Positions 19,955 to 30,433 of a stretch of 64,000 nucleotides of DNA are shown piece after piece; position 1 is the stretch's first letter; each line of letters begins with the position of its first letter. Source of the DNA: Bacteroidales bacterium (GTDB taxonomy: Bacteria > Bacteroidota > Bacteroidia > Bacteroidales > FEN-979); NCBI GenBank assembly GCA_049317265.1, contig JBMOIP010000012.1:4612-68611 (forward strand), read 5' to 3'. Made by a program: the position numbers and the translations under genes. The notes beneath the pieces were generated by a model. That model saw only the letters and a list, made by a program, of their open reading frames with translations, was not told where the DNA came from and did no database searches.

Positions 19955-22900
19955 ATGAGAAGATTTCTAGCTTTATTAATGCTTGTCGCGACCTTTTGGC
20001 CATGGTCCGGCAGAATGGAGGCTCAAACACCCTACACCACCGGTAACCTGGTGGTCTTAAGGGTCGGAGACGGCATTGCTGCACTCAGCAGTTCCTCCAC
20101 CGCCATATTCCTGGATGAATATTCCTCTACCGGAACCTGGGTCCAGGCACATCCCCTCCCCACATCCGGGGCCAATGTGTTTTCCAACTCAGGGAGTGCA
20201 ACGTCGGAAGGACAGATCACACTATCCCCTGACTCATACTATCTGCTCCTTGCCGGTTACAATACAGGGCCTGGATTAGCCAGCATCGCCAACACTTCCA
20301 GCGTTACCGTCAACCGTAAACTCCTGAGAGTCGACAACAGTGACGGTTATACTTTACAAACATCTTCCACCGCATTTAATGCCAATAATATACGCGGCGG
20401 GGTAACCAACGGAACCGATTTCTGGGCAGCTGGAACATCGGGGACTGCAGGCGCCAACGGTATACAGTACTTTGGAACCGGCACGCCCGTCCAGGTTAGT
20501 TCAACCATTACTAACACGCGCGTGGTCAATATTTTCAACAGTCAACTTTACTTCAGCACGGGGTCTGCTCCTGTCGGAATCTACGCAGTAGGCAGCGGAT
20601 TACCTGTTACTACTGGCAATGTCAGCTCCCTCGTTATAGCAGGTACCGGCACGTCCCCTTCTCCTTATGGTTTTTCATTCAACGCTGCAACCGACATCTG
20701 TTACATAGCAGATGACCGCACCGCTGCAAATGGCGGCGGAATCCAGAAATTCACTAAAACAGCAGGGATCTGGTCGCTTCAGTACACCCTTTCGGTGGGT
20801 ACTGTCGGAGCCCGGGGGCTGACCGTTGACTGGACAGGCGCTAACCCTGTTATTTATGCCACTTCAGCAGAAGGAAGTGCCAACCGCATTGTCAAGATCA
20901 CCGACACCGGCGCCGGTTCTATCTATTCCACGCTGGCCACCTCTGCAACCAACACAATTTTCAGGGGCATTGCCTTCGCACCGGTTCCAATGCCTTCACC
21001 AACAACCGCCACTCTTGCAGCCTCGTTGGTGGAAAGCACCTCTGCAACGCTGAATGGCACGGTCAATGCAAACAATGTTTCGACCACAGTGAGTTTTGAA
21101 TACGGTCTGACCGATGCTTACGGTACCACCGTAGCAGGTGTTCCTTCGCCTGTCACCGGCTCCTCCACTGTTTCCGTTTCAGCATCCATCATGGGCCTTA
21201 CCCCCGGCACCACTTACCATTTCCGTGTAACCGGCATCAGCGCCGGCGGTACTTCTTATGGAAGTGACCTTACCTTCACCACCATCGCGGCTTATACCGG
21301 CCCCACATCTTCTGCAACTCCCTATATCATTCCGCAGTCAGCCGGTGTCACCACCACATCCTTGCTGACTGTTCCGGATGCAATCGGCCCGTTTACCATG
21401 TGCGGAGTACCCGACGGCCTTGGCGCTTTCGATAACAACGACGGAACGTTCACCCTTCTCATGAACCATGAACTCGGGAACAACCTGGGTGCGGTTCGTT
21501 CACATGGCTCAATTGGCTCCTTTGTTTCAAAATGGATTATTAACAAGACAACACTAGCCGTTCAGAGCGGCAGTGACCTGATGGTCAACGTGAACCTTTG
21601 GGACCCCTTCACATCGACCTATACAACCTATAATTCTTCCAACCCCTCAATTCTTGCCCGTTTCGGCAGGTTCTGTTCCGCCGATCTTCCGGCTCCTTCA
21701 GCATTCCACAATAGTGGTGCGGGTGTAGGCACACCGGAACGCATCTTCATGACTGGCGAAGAGGTTAATGACGAAAGCAGGGGCATGGCCCATATCGCTA
21801 CCGGTCCAAACGCCGGAACCTCCTGGGAACTTCCCGCTTTGGGTAAAGGCGCCTGGGAAAATGAAGTCGCCTGTCCTGCTTCCGGGAACCGCACAGTTGT
21901 TGCACTGCTCAATGACGGCACCGATGGTCAGGTCTATTTCTATATAGGTCAGAAGACAGCTACCGGGAATGAAATCGAAAGAGCAGGTCTGACCAACGGT
22001 CATCCCTGGGGATTAATTGTTTCCGGCTTCCCTGTTGAACGCGTCAATGGCACTACGATCAATACTCCTCCATCTCCGGGTACAGCTTTTACACTCGTCG
22101 ATCTGGGAGATGTCCGTACCCTAACGGGTGCAGCCCTCAACACCCTTAGCAACACCAACGGAGTAACCAAATTCTCGCGTCCGGAAGACGGCGCATGGGA
22201 TCCGCAACACCCGAATGATTTTTATTTCAACACGACAGACCAGTTCGCAAACGGGTATAGTCGCCTGTGGAAACTGCACTTTACCGATATTCTGAACCCG
22301 CAACTCGGTGGGACCATAACCGCCGTTCTTGATGGAACGGAAGGTCAGAAGATGCTGGATAATCTCGCAATAGATCAGTACGGCCATATCATTCTTCAGG
22401 AAGATGTTGGCAGCAATGCACATAACGGTAAAATGTGGCAATATACCATCGCCACCGATAACCTGAAATTGGTGGCTGCCCATGATCCCTCCCGTTTCGG
22501 TGATATCGGGGTACCTGCTACTGCCCCATTTAACCAGGACGAGGAATCGTCGGGCATTATCGACGTACAGTCGATCCTTGGCCCGGGCAAATTCCTTACC
22601 TCTGACCAGGCACATTATTCAGTGCCTTTACCGGCAGTAGAAGGCGGACAATTATTGATGTTCTTCAACCCCGACACTTATGCCTCGAACCTGTGTGCTA
22701 CAACCTCCACAACCACGGTCAACACCTATACGAGCTATAGCTGGAATGGCAATACCTATACAACACCCGGTACCTACACCTACCATACCACCAATGTGGC
22801 AGGTTGCGACAGTACTGCCACTTTGATCCTGAACTTTGTCAATTTCCCGTTGCAGATCCTGCACGGATCGGATTTTGAAGCATCTACCGATGAAGTATCT

Positions 22901-25900
22901 TCGGCTCCTCGTTTTGCCGCAATTGTTGACTCGCTGGAGAACACCTATCCGAATTCAATCACCCTTGCATCAGGCGATAATTTCATCCCGGGACCTTTCT
23001 CTTTCTCAGGTGAGGATCCGCGCATGGTGCTGCCCTACAGGAACGCCTATGCCAGTTACTATAACAACCCGCTCAATCCTCCGTATGATCTTCGCGCCGG
23101 TATTGCAAGAGCTGATATCTCTATCATGAACTTCATCGGGGTTGAAGCATCTGTACTTGGAAACCATGACTTTGACTTTGGAACTCCCGAGCTTCGCAAC
23201 ATTATTGGCGGGAATATTTCAGGTTCAAGCGTACGCTGGTTTGGCGCCCAGTTCCCTTACCTGAGCTCAAACCTGAATTTCATGGCCGATCCCAATTTAA
23301 GTCCGGTGTTTACACCAATCCGCCAGGCCAACACAAATTTCATGTGCAGCCCGGCGAATACCCCGGCCCAGATTGCAGCGAAAAAGAAGCTCGCTCCCTA
23401 TTGTGTCATCATGAAGAACGGTGAAAAGATTGGAGTCGTTGGCGTTACCACCCCAATGCTCGAATCCATCTCCTCTCCCGGCACTACTACCGTGAAAAAT
23501 CCGGGAGCTGGAACGAATGATATGACCCTCCTGGCTACAATTGTTCAGCCTTATATCGATACCTTAATCAACATTGAAGGCTGTAGCAAGATCATCCTCC
23601 TTTCACATCTGCAACAACTTGCTTTTGAAAAAGAGCTGGCAACCAAACTGCAGGGCGTGGATATCATCATCGCCGGTGGTTCACACACCCTGATGGCTGA
23701 TGCTACCGACCGTCTGCGGGCCGGGGATGTAGCAATCGAAACCTATCCGTATCTGACTTCCGGACTGGATGGGAAACCCACAGCCATTATCAACACCGAT
23801 GGAAGCTATAAGTATGTCGGCCGTTTGGTGGTTGATTTCACCCCGGCAGGAGATATTGTTCCCGCATCAATCAACCCGGCAGTATCTGGCGCTTATGCCA
23901 CCGACCAGCAGGGTCTTCAGGATGTGTGGGGCGCAAATACCCCGCTGGCTTTTGCTCCAGGAACCCGTGGGTACAGGGTGAAGTTGCTTTGCGACTCGAT
24001 CGGATCTGCGATCCTCGCCAAAGATGGCAATCTTTTTGGTAAAACCAGCGTATTCCTCGAAGGACGTCGTAATTTCGTACGGACCGAAGAGACCAACCTG
24101 GGTAATCTTTCCGCCGAAGCCAATCTTTGGATGGCCAAATTCTATGATCCCTCCACTGTTATATCTATTAAAAATGGTGGCGGTATCCGTTCCATTATTG
24201 GGTATATCAACGCCTATGGTGACACTGTAATCTATCAGCCGCCCATCGCCAACCCGGCGGCAGGCAAACTGCAGGGAGATGTTTCCCAACTCGATATTGA
24301 GAATTCACTCCGCTTCAACAATCTTCTTTCATTGCTTACAGTTGATGCAGCCGGCCTCAGAAGAACGCTTGAACACGGCGTTTCCGCTACAGCGCCAGGT
24401 GCAACCCCGGGCCAGTTTCCTCAGGTTGCAGGTGTAAGGTTCAGTTACAACCCAACACTTCCGGTTTACAACCCAACGACCAATACAGGCGGACGTATTT
24501 TAACCGCAGTGATCACCAACGATTCCGGAACCGTTGTCCTGGATACACTCATCATGAATGGTGCGCTGTATGGCAATCCTTCCCGTACCTTTCGTCTTGC
24601 CACACTGAACTTCATGGCAGGCGGTGGTGACAACTATCCCTTCCCGATCATTGGAAGCAACAGGATCGACATCAACACGCTGCCGGTTCCCCCGGCCGTT
24701 CCAGGTGTAGCATCATTTGCAATTCCCGGTTCCGAACAGGATGCCTTTGCTGAATACATGAAAAGCCTGCATTCAACCTCACCATACAACAAGAGCGATC
24801 GTCCTGTCACCCAGGATTACCGTATCGAGAATGTTACGTTGCGCACAGACAGTGTACTTCCACGAAGTGTTTCCCTGTCAGTTTCATCAGGAACCGGAAA
24901 TGAGGCGAATCAGACCGTTATAACAGTTACTGCAGTATCTTCATTGCCTGTTCTTGGAAATCAAACCGTTACCGTTGCTGTTTCGGGAACAAATATCACG
25001 GCAGGTGATTATACGCTAAGCAATAACATCATTACCATACTGAATGGTCAGACCACCGGATCCGTCACATTTACGGTTACAAATGATGTATTGTTTGAAG
25101 GAACGGAAACAGCCGTGCTGACCATCAGCAATCCTTCAGCAGGACTGATCCCCGGCATCCCATTGTCGCAGAGCATATCCATCACAGACAATGATGCCAC
25201 CGTGGATCTTTTAACCTACGTCAGGATTGGCCGTTACGACCTCCCTGAACCCACGCGTACCGCTCCTCCGGCAAACAACCTGCTTGCCCAGGAAGCCTCA
25301 GCGGTTACCTATAATTGGGACACCCAAACTTTGTTTGTAGTTGGTGACGGCGGCACTTCAATTGTGCAGGTGACCAAAACAGGGCAACTGATCAACTCCA
25401 TGACACTGGCCCAGGGAAATAGTCCTCAGGGGACAGAATTTTATGATCCGGAAGGACTTACTTATATCGGAAATAACACTTTTGTAATGGTTGAAGAACG
25501 CGACCGTCAGACTGTAAAGTTCATTTACAATGCCGGCACCACTTTGACCAGGAGTATGGCCCAGACCGTCAAGTTAGGCACCTTTGTGGATAACATTGGG
25601 ATTGAAGGTTTATCATATGACCCCCAGACGGCAGGCTATATCTGTGTCAAGGAGAAGAGCCCTGAAGGAATTTTCCAGACAGGTATCGATTTCTCTGCAG
25701 GAACTGCAACGAATGGATCACCGACTACGGTAAATTCTGTCAACCTTTTTGATCCTGCACTGGCGAATCTGTCGGATTTGGCCGATGTCTTTGCACTGTG
25801 CAACCTGCCAGCGCTGACCGGACAGTCCAATTCAGGTAACCTGTTGTTATTGAGCCAGGAGTCTGTAAAGATTGAAAATATCGACCGGACTGGAGTCATC

Positions 25901-27961
25901 TCAAGTTCACTCACCATCGTCAATGATCCTGGTAATCCTTTATCAGCAGCAGAACATCAGCATGAAGGTATCACAATGGACAATGATGGCTTCATTTATA
26001 CGGTATGTGAGAATGGTGGAGGTGATTTTGATCATCCGCAAGTCTGGATCTACGCCCCTTCCACATTCATCTATGCAAACCAGGCTCCTCTTTCGGTGAG
26101 CATGGCAGCTTCTACCACAACATTAGCAGAAAACACCAGCACCGTGGCAAACATCAAACTTGGTTATATTGATATCAGCGACGACGGTATGGGCAGCAAT
26201 GACCTCAGTCTGAGCGGAGCCGATGCCGGTTATTTTGAGATCATCAATAACAATTTATATCTCAAAGCCGGTACTGTGCTGGATTACGAAACCAAGTCAA
26301 CCTATACAGTCACCGTTAATGTTAACGATGCGACCATTGGCAGCACTCCGGACGTCACTACGGTATTTACCCTCCATATCACGGATATTGTTGAAACCGC
26401 AACAGTCATTATCTCCGAGGTCACACCCTGGAGCAGCGGCAACAGCCCAATTGGCGCCGACTGGTTTGAAGTAACAAACACTGGAAACATCGCGGCAAAC
26501 ATTACCGGATGGAAAGTTGACGACAACTCAAACACCTTTGGTAACTCGTTAGCTTTGAATGGTATTACGAGTATTGCTCCGGGCGAATCTGTCATCTTCA
26601 TCGAAACTGCTAACCTGGCATCCACTTCAGCTACTTTCAGGAGCAACTGGTTCGGAGCAAATCCACCTTCAGGTTTGCAGATCGGAAACTATTCAGGAGC
26701 AGGAATTGGCCTCAGCACGGGTGGTGATGCAGTTAATCTTTACAACGCTTCAGGCGTTCTTCAGGCTAATGTTTCCTTCGGTACTTCTACAACAATAGCA
26801 CCTTACAGGAGCTTTGACAATGCTGCCGGTCTTAACAATGCTGTCATATCGCAGCTGAGTGCAGCGGGTGTTAACGGCGCATTTATTGCTGTGAACAGCT
26901 CCAACGAGATAGGTTCACCGGGAAGGATCTCTTGTCCTGTGGTTACACCAACCATTACGGGTGCTTTGACCTTCTGCGAGGGCAGTTCAACAGTGTTGGA
27001 TGCAGGTGCAGGCTATTCGAGTTACCTGTGGTCAACAACCGCGACAACTCAGACCATCACCGTCTCCTCTGCAGGCACATACACCGTCACTGTTACCACC
27101 GCAGCTATCTGCTACGGTACAGCTTCGGTCACTACCACTGTCAATCCTTCGTTACCGGTAAGTATTACCATTGTACCATCAGCGAACCCTGTCCTTACCG
27201 GCGCTTCTGTGACCTTCACAGCAACACCAGTTAATGGCGGGATCTCCCCTGCATACCAGTGGAATGTAAACGCTGCGATTGTATCTGGAGCGACAGACGT
27301 AACCTATACCTTTGTTCCCACTAATGGCGACGTGGTCAATTGCATCCTTACGTCAAATGCTGTGTGTGCGACCAACAACCCTGCGACATCCAACTTGGTG
27401 ACAATGATTGTCAGCACGATTCCCGCAATTACCGCAGTATCCGCTGATATCTCCAATGGACAAACAGAATGTTACAATGCAACGCAGACCATTACGGTTG
27501 GCGGCATCAACGGAACATTCAACATTCATAATGGCGGTAGCGCCACCATGATTGCAGGGGTGAATATTATATATGAACCCGGTACGGTTATTGAAGCTGG
27601 TGGTTACATGCACGGTTATATTGCTCCAGGAGGTCCGTGGTGCGGTGCCAAATCAGCCACTATTGTCACCACGGTTGATGAAGGTGAAACCAAATCACCG
27701 GCTTCATTTGAATCATCCTCCTTTGTGGTATACCCCAACCCCTCACATGGCGATTTCACAATCGAACAAAAAGGCAGTGAAATCTACAGCAACATCCACA
27801 TCAACATTTATGGAATGCAAGGGAACAAGGTCTACTCTAAGCAAAATCCCGGAAACCGCAGAACGGCATGCAGCCTCCAGGGCATTTCTGCAGGAATCTA
27901 TTACATCCAGGTCGTAGCCGATGGCAAAATCAGCAATCTCAAACTGGTTATAACCCGGTAG
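19955..27961 (+). CDS. Giant T9SS-secreted multidomain phosphatase (PhoX-like + 5'-nucleotidase + SdiA-regulated propeller + LTD + Calx-beta/cadherin/Ig)
   Basis: PhoX-type motifs NHE, FCS, GEE, WEN, RPED, DN, QED, ESSG. Metallophosphoesterase motifs SDFE, GDNF, GNHDFD, SH, GGSHT, plus 5'-NT C-domain (ETNLGNL, NGGGIR, FPQVAG). EASAVTYN...DPEGLTY; IISEV...DWFEVTN; VYPNP...AGIYYI CTD. Confidence 0.88.
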   Translation: MRRFLALLMLVATFWPWSGRMEAQTPYTTGNLVVLRVGDGIAALSSSSTAIFLDEYSSTGTWVQAHPLPTSGANVFSNSGSATSEGQITLSPDSYYLLLAGYNTGPGLASIANTSSVTVNRKLLRVDNSDGYTLQTSSTAFNANNIRGGVTNGTDFWAAGTSGTAGANGIQYFGTGTPVQVSSTITNTRVVNIFNSQLYFSTGSAPVGIYAVGSGLPVTTGNVSSLVIAGTGTSPSPYGFSFNAATDICYIADDRTAANGGGIQKFTKTAGIWSLQYTLSVGTVGARGLTVDWTGANPVIYATSAEGSANRIVKITDTGAGSIYSTLATSATNTIFRGIAFAPVPMPSPTTATLAASLVESTSATLNGTVNANNVSTTVSFEYGLTDAYGTTVAGVPSPVTGSSTVSVSASIMGLTPGTTYHFRVTGISAGGTSYGSDLTFTTIAAYTGPTSSATPYIIPQSAGVTTTSLLTVPDAIGPFTMCGVPDGLGAFDNNDGTFTLLMNHELGNNLGAVRSHGSIGSFVSKWIINKTTLAVQSGSDLMVNVNLWDPFTSTYTTYNSSNPSILARFGRFCSADLPAPSAFHNSGAGVGTPERIFMTGEEVNDESRGMAHIATGPNAGTSWELPALGKGAWENEVACPASGNRTVVALLNDGTDGQVYFYIGQKTATGNEIERAGLTNGHPWGLIVSGFPVERVNGTTINTPPSPGTAFTLVDLGDVRTLTGAALNTLSNTNGVTKFSRPEDGAWDPQHPNDFYFNTTDQFANGYSRLWKLHFTDILNPQLGGTITAVLDGTEGQKMLDNLAIDQYGHIILQEDVGSNAHNGKMWQYTIATDNLKLVAAHDPSRFGDIGVPATAPFNQDEESSGIIDVQSILGPGKFLTSDQAHYSVPLPAVEGGQLLMFFNPDTYASNLCATTSTTTVNTYTSYSWNGNTYTTPGTYTYHTTNVAGCDSTATLILNFVNFPLQILHGSDFEASTDEVSSAPRFAAIVDSLENTYPNSITLASGDNFIPGPFSFSGEDPRMVLPYRNAYASYYNNPLNPPYDLRAGIARADISIMNFIGVEASVLGNHDFDFGTPELRNIIGGNISGSSVRWFGAQFPYLSSNLNFMADPNLSPVFTPIRQANTNFMCSPANTPAQIAAKKKLAPYCVIMKNGEKIGVVGVTTPMLESISSPGTTTVKNPGAGTNDMTLLATIVQPYIDTLINIEGCSKIILLSHLQQLAFEKELATKLQGVDIIIAGGSHTLMADATDRLRAGDVAIETYPYLTSGLDGKPTAIINTDGSYKYVGRLVVDFTPAGDIVPASINPAVSGAYATDQQGLQDVWGANTPLAFAPGTRGYRVKLLCDSIGSAILAKDGNLFGKTSVFLEGRRNFVRTEETNLGNLSAEANLWMAKFYDPSTVISIKNGGGIRSIIGYINAYGDTVIYQPPIANPAAGKLQGDVSQLDIENSLRFNNLLSLLTVDAAGLRRTLEHGVSATAPGATPGQFPQVAGVRFSYNPTLPVYNPTTNTGGRILTAVITNDSGTVVLDTLIMNGALYGNPSRTFRLATLNFMAGGGDNYPFPIIGSNRIDINTLPVPPAVPGVASFAIPGSEQDAFAEYMKSLHSTSPYNKSDRPVTQDYRIENVTLRTDSVLPRSVSLSVSSGTGNEANQTVITVTAVSSLPVLGNQTVTVAVSGTNITAGDYTLSNNIITILNGQTTGSVTFTVTNDVLFEGTETAVLTISNPSAGLIPGIPLSQSISITDNDATVDLLTYVRIGRYDLPEPTRTAPPANNLLAQEASAVTYNWDTQTLFVVGDGGTSIVQVTKTGQLINSMTLAQGNSPQGTEFYDPEGLTYIGNNTFVMVEERDRQTVKFIYNAGTTLTRSMAQTVKLGTFVDNIGIEGLSYDPQTAGYICVKEKSPEGIFQTGIDFSAGTATNGSPTTVNSVNLFDPALANLSDLADVFALCNLPALTGQSNSGNLLLLSQESVKIENIDRTGVISSSLTIVNDPGNPLSAAEHQHEGITMDNDGFIYTVCENGGGDFDHPQVWIYAPSTFIYANQAPLSVSMAASTTTLAENTSTVANIKLGYIDISDDGMGSNDLSLSGADAGYFEIINNNLYLKAGTVLDYETKSTYTVTVNVNDATIGSTPDVTTVFTLHITDIVETATVIISEVTPWSSGNSPIGADWFEVTNTGNIAANITGWKVDDNSNTFGNSLALNGITSIAPGESVIFIETANLASTSATFRSNWFGANPPSGLQIGNYSGAGIGLSTGGDAVNLYNASGVLQANVSFGTSTTIAPYRSFDNAAGLNNAVISQLSAAGVNGAFIAVNSSNEIGSPGRISCPVVTPTITGALTFCEGSSTVLDAGAGYSSYLWSTTATTQTITVSSAGTYTVTVTTAAICYGTASVTTTVNPSLPVSITIVPSANPVLTGASVTFTATPVNGGISPAYQWNVNAAIVSGATDVTYTFVPTNGDVVNCILTSNAVCATNNPATSNLVTMIVSTIPAITAVSADISNGQTECYNATQTITVGGINGTFNIHNGGSATMIAGVNIIYEPGTVIEAGGYMHGYIAPGGPWCGAKSATIVTTVDEGETKSPASFESSSFVVYPNPSHGDFTIEQKGSEIYSNIHINIYGMQGNKVYSKQNPGNRRTACSLQGISAGIYYIQVVADGKISNLKLVITR

Positions 27962-28004
27962 CGATCACGCTCACTGTTTCTCTATTTCGCAGGGCTGCCT
28001 CCAT

Positions 28005-30394
28005 TCATTGAGGCGGCCCTGTTTTTTCGTGGCCGGGACCGGCGCAGTTGAAAGAATTGTACTTTTTAATTAATTCAAGCAATCCCTCTTTGTTGATCGG
28101 TTTTGAAATATAATCGGTGCACCCGGCTTCCAGGGCTTTCCGGCGGTCTCCGGTCATACCATATGCCGTGTGGGCAATGATGACAACGTTGCTGTTAAAC
28201 ATCCTGATTTGCCGGGTGGCCTCATGGCCATTCATCCCGGGCATCCTGATATCCATCAAAATAAGATCGGTGTCGGGGTTTGCCCTGCAGACTTCAATGG
28301 CTTCAACACCTGTTTTCACCTGGATAATCTCGCTTGACAACCCTTTTACAACAATCGTGATCAATTGCCTGGATATTTCATCGTCCTCCACAACCATGAT
28401 CTTTATTTTGCGGGTTACGGCATTTGAAGATCGTGTTTTAACCTCGTTTGGTTCATTGGTTACCGGAGTTAAATTACAAGGCACTTTTTTTGCAGGAAGG
28501 GTAAACAGGAAAGTAGAGCCAACACCTACTTCACTTACAACGGACACCTCTCCTCCCAGCATTTCAACATAGGCCTTGGTTATTCCAAGTCCAAGACCAG
28601 CTCCCTGCCGAGCCATCTTATCCCCGATATCTGCCTGGATAAATCGCTCGAAGATCGCTTCCATGCGGTCTTCAGGAATCCCGATGCCAGTATCAGTCAC
28701 GAAAAACTCGAGGTGGTCGCTTTTTTTATGGTAACCGATCGCGATCGACCCATGGTCAGTAAATTTTATCGCATTTTTTACCAGGTTGGTCAGGATGATA
28801 TAGAGTTTTTCAGGGTCGGTATTAATGGTGGCCTCGTATGCCGGTAAAGTACTGATTAATGACAACTTCAATCCTTTTGCTTCGGCTTCGGGTTTAAAAA
28901 ATGTATAGATGTATTCGAGTTGTTCGTTGATGTTCGACATGTTTTCACAAACCTTCATCACCCCCGATTCAATCTTCGCTATATCGATGATGTCGTTGAT
29001 AATATTGAGCATCCGGTGACCACTCTTCTCTATGATGTGGATATAGTTGAGATACTGGTCGCCCGTAAGATCAGGCTCCTTAAGCAGTTCGGCAAAACCG
29101 AGAATCCCGTTCATCGGGGTTCGGATCTCGTGGCTCATGTTGGCAAGGAAGGCAGATTTTAGGCGGTCGCTCTCTTCTGCTCTCTCCTTGGCTTTAATCA
29201 ATTCGGCCTCAACTTGCTTGATGTCGTCAATGTTGCGGACATTCACGACAATGGCATTAATATAGGGATTGTTCAGGAAATTCTGGGCGACGGCTTCAAA
29301 CCAAACATATCCCCTGGTTTTGTGGATATGTCTGTATTGAACCTTACCAATAAAGTTGTAATCCGTCAGTATCTGGCTGAATGAACTCAAAACATGCTCA
29401 AAATCATCAGGATGAATGACATTGTCTATTGGTCCAAGCAACTCCTCCACAGTATATCCTGTTTCCCGCTCTCCTGCATCGCTCACGAAGAACTGCTCGC
29501 CGCTTGCATTGATAAGAACAAAGGCATCATTAGAATTTTTGATCATCAACCGGAGTTTCTCCTCACTCACTTCAGCCCGCTCCTTTGCTGCAACCAGCTC
29601 ATTCTCCGCTGTTTTTCGTGAGTTGATATCAAGAACAAATCCGTCGATGAATACATCCTCCGAACCCGGAAGCGTTATCAGTTTAGCATGGATCGACACC
29701 CAAATAATCGTTGCGTCCTGCCTGATGTATTGGGCATGATGGTCATGAACCGAACCGTTTTTCTTCAACAAATTCAGATATTCATCTCTTTTTTCCGGAT
29801 ATAACCAGATTTGGGAGTCAGGCCGGTTGATAAACACAAATGCTTCATCCAATGTTTTAAATCCTAAAATCATTTGAAGTGAATGATTCATGTGGATTAC
29901 ATTCCCATCAAGGGTTGTCCGGAACATCCCTTCAATAGCGTTGTCAAAAAGGTACCGGTAGTTTGTTCGCTTTGCCTGAAGGCCGCTTCAGCCTGTTTTC
30001 TGTCATGAATGTTCCTGCCGCTGAAAATATATTGTTTGGTGCCACTGTTTGTATCCTCCTTCAATAATTGTCCAATGACATCATACCAATAGTAATCACC
30101 ATTTACCCCACGCATCCTGAATTCAATTTCTTTTCTGCATGCGTCTTTGACCATGGAGGCAAACTCATTCATGGCCACAGGAACATCCTCATGGTGAACA
30201 AGTTCAAAAACATTTTTGCCAATCAAGTCATGCGTGTTATATCCCAGCTGAATGACAGATTCTGAAGAATACGTTATTATGCCTGAAGTATCAGTAATGA
30301 CAATCGCATCAACCATATTGCGGGTAACATCCTGCAGGATCCGGTTGGTTTCACGAAGCATCAGCAGTTCATCCTGTAGATTATTCTCTGCCAT
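28005..30394 (-). pseudogene. Cytoplasmic 3xPAS hybrid histidine kinase with receiver domain, split by a 1-bp deletion (pseudogene or sequencing error)
   Basis: Adding one A to CAA-AC-TAC (T run at 29962-29964 on plus strand) joins the two ORFs as ...QSEQNYRYLFDNAIEGMFRT..., about 796 aa. H-box [14 protein letters not shown] boxes, REC with EDD and MDIRMP. Confidence 0.85.
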
Positions 30395-30433
30395 GAGGTT
30401 GCTCTTTAATTATATTGGGTCTGGCTCTCAGTT

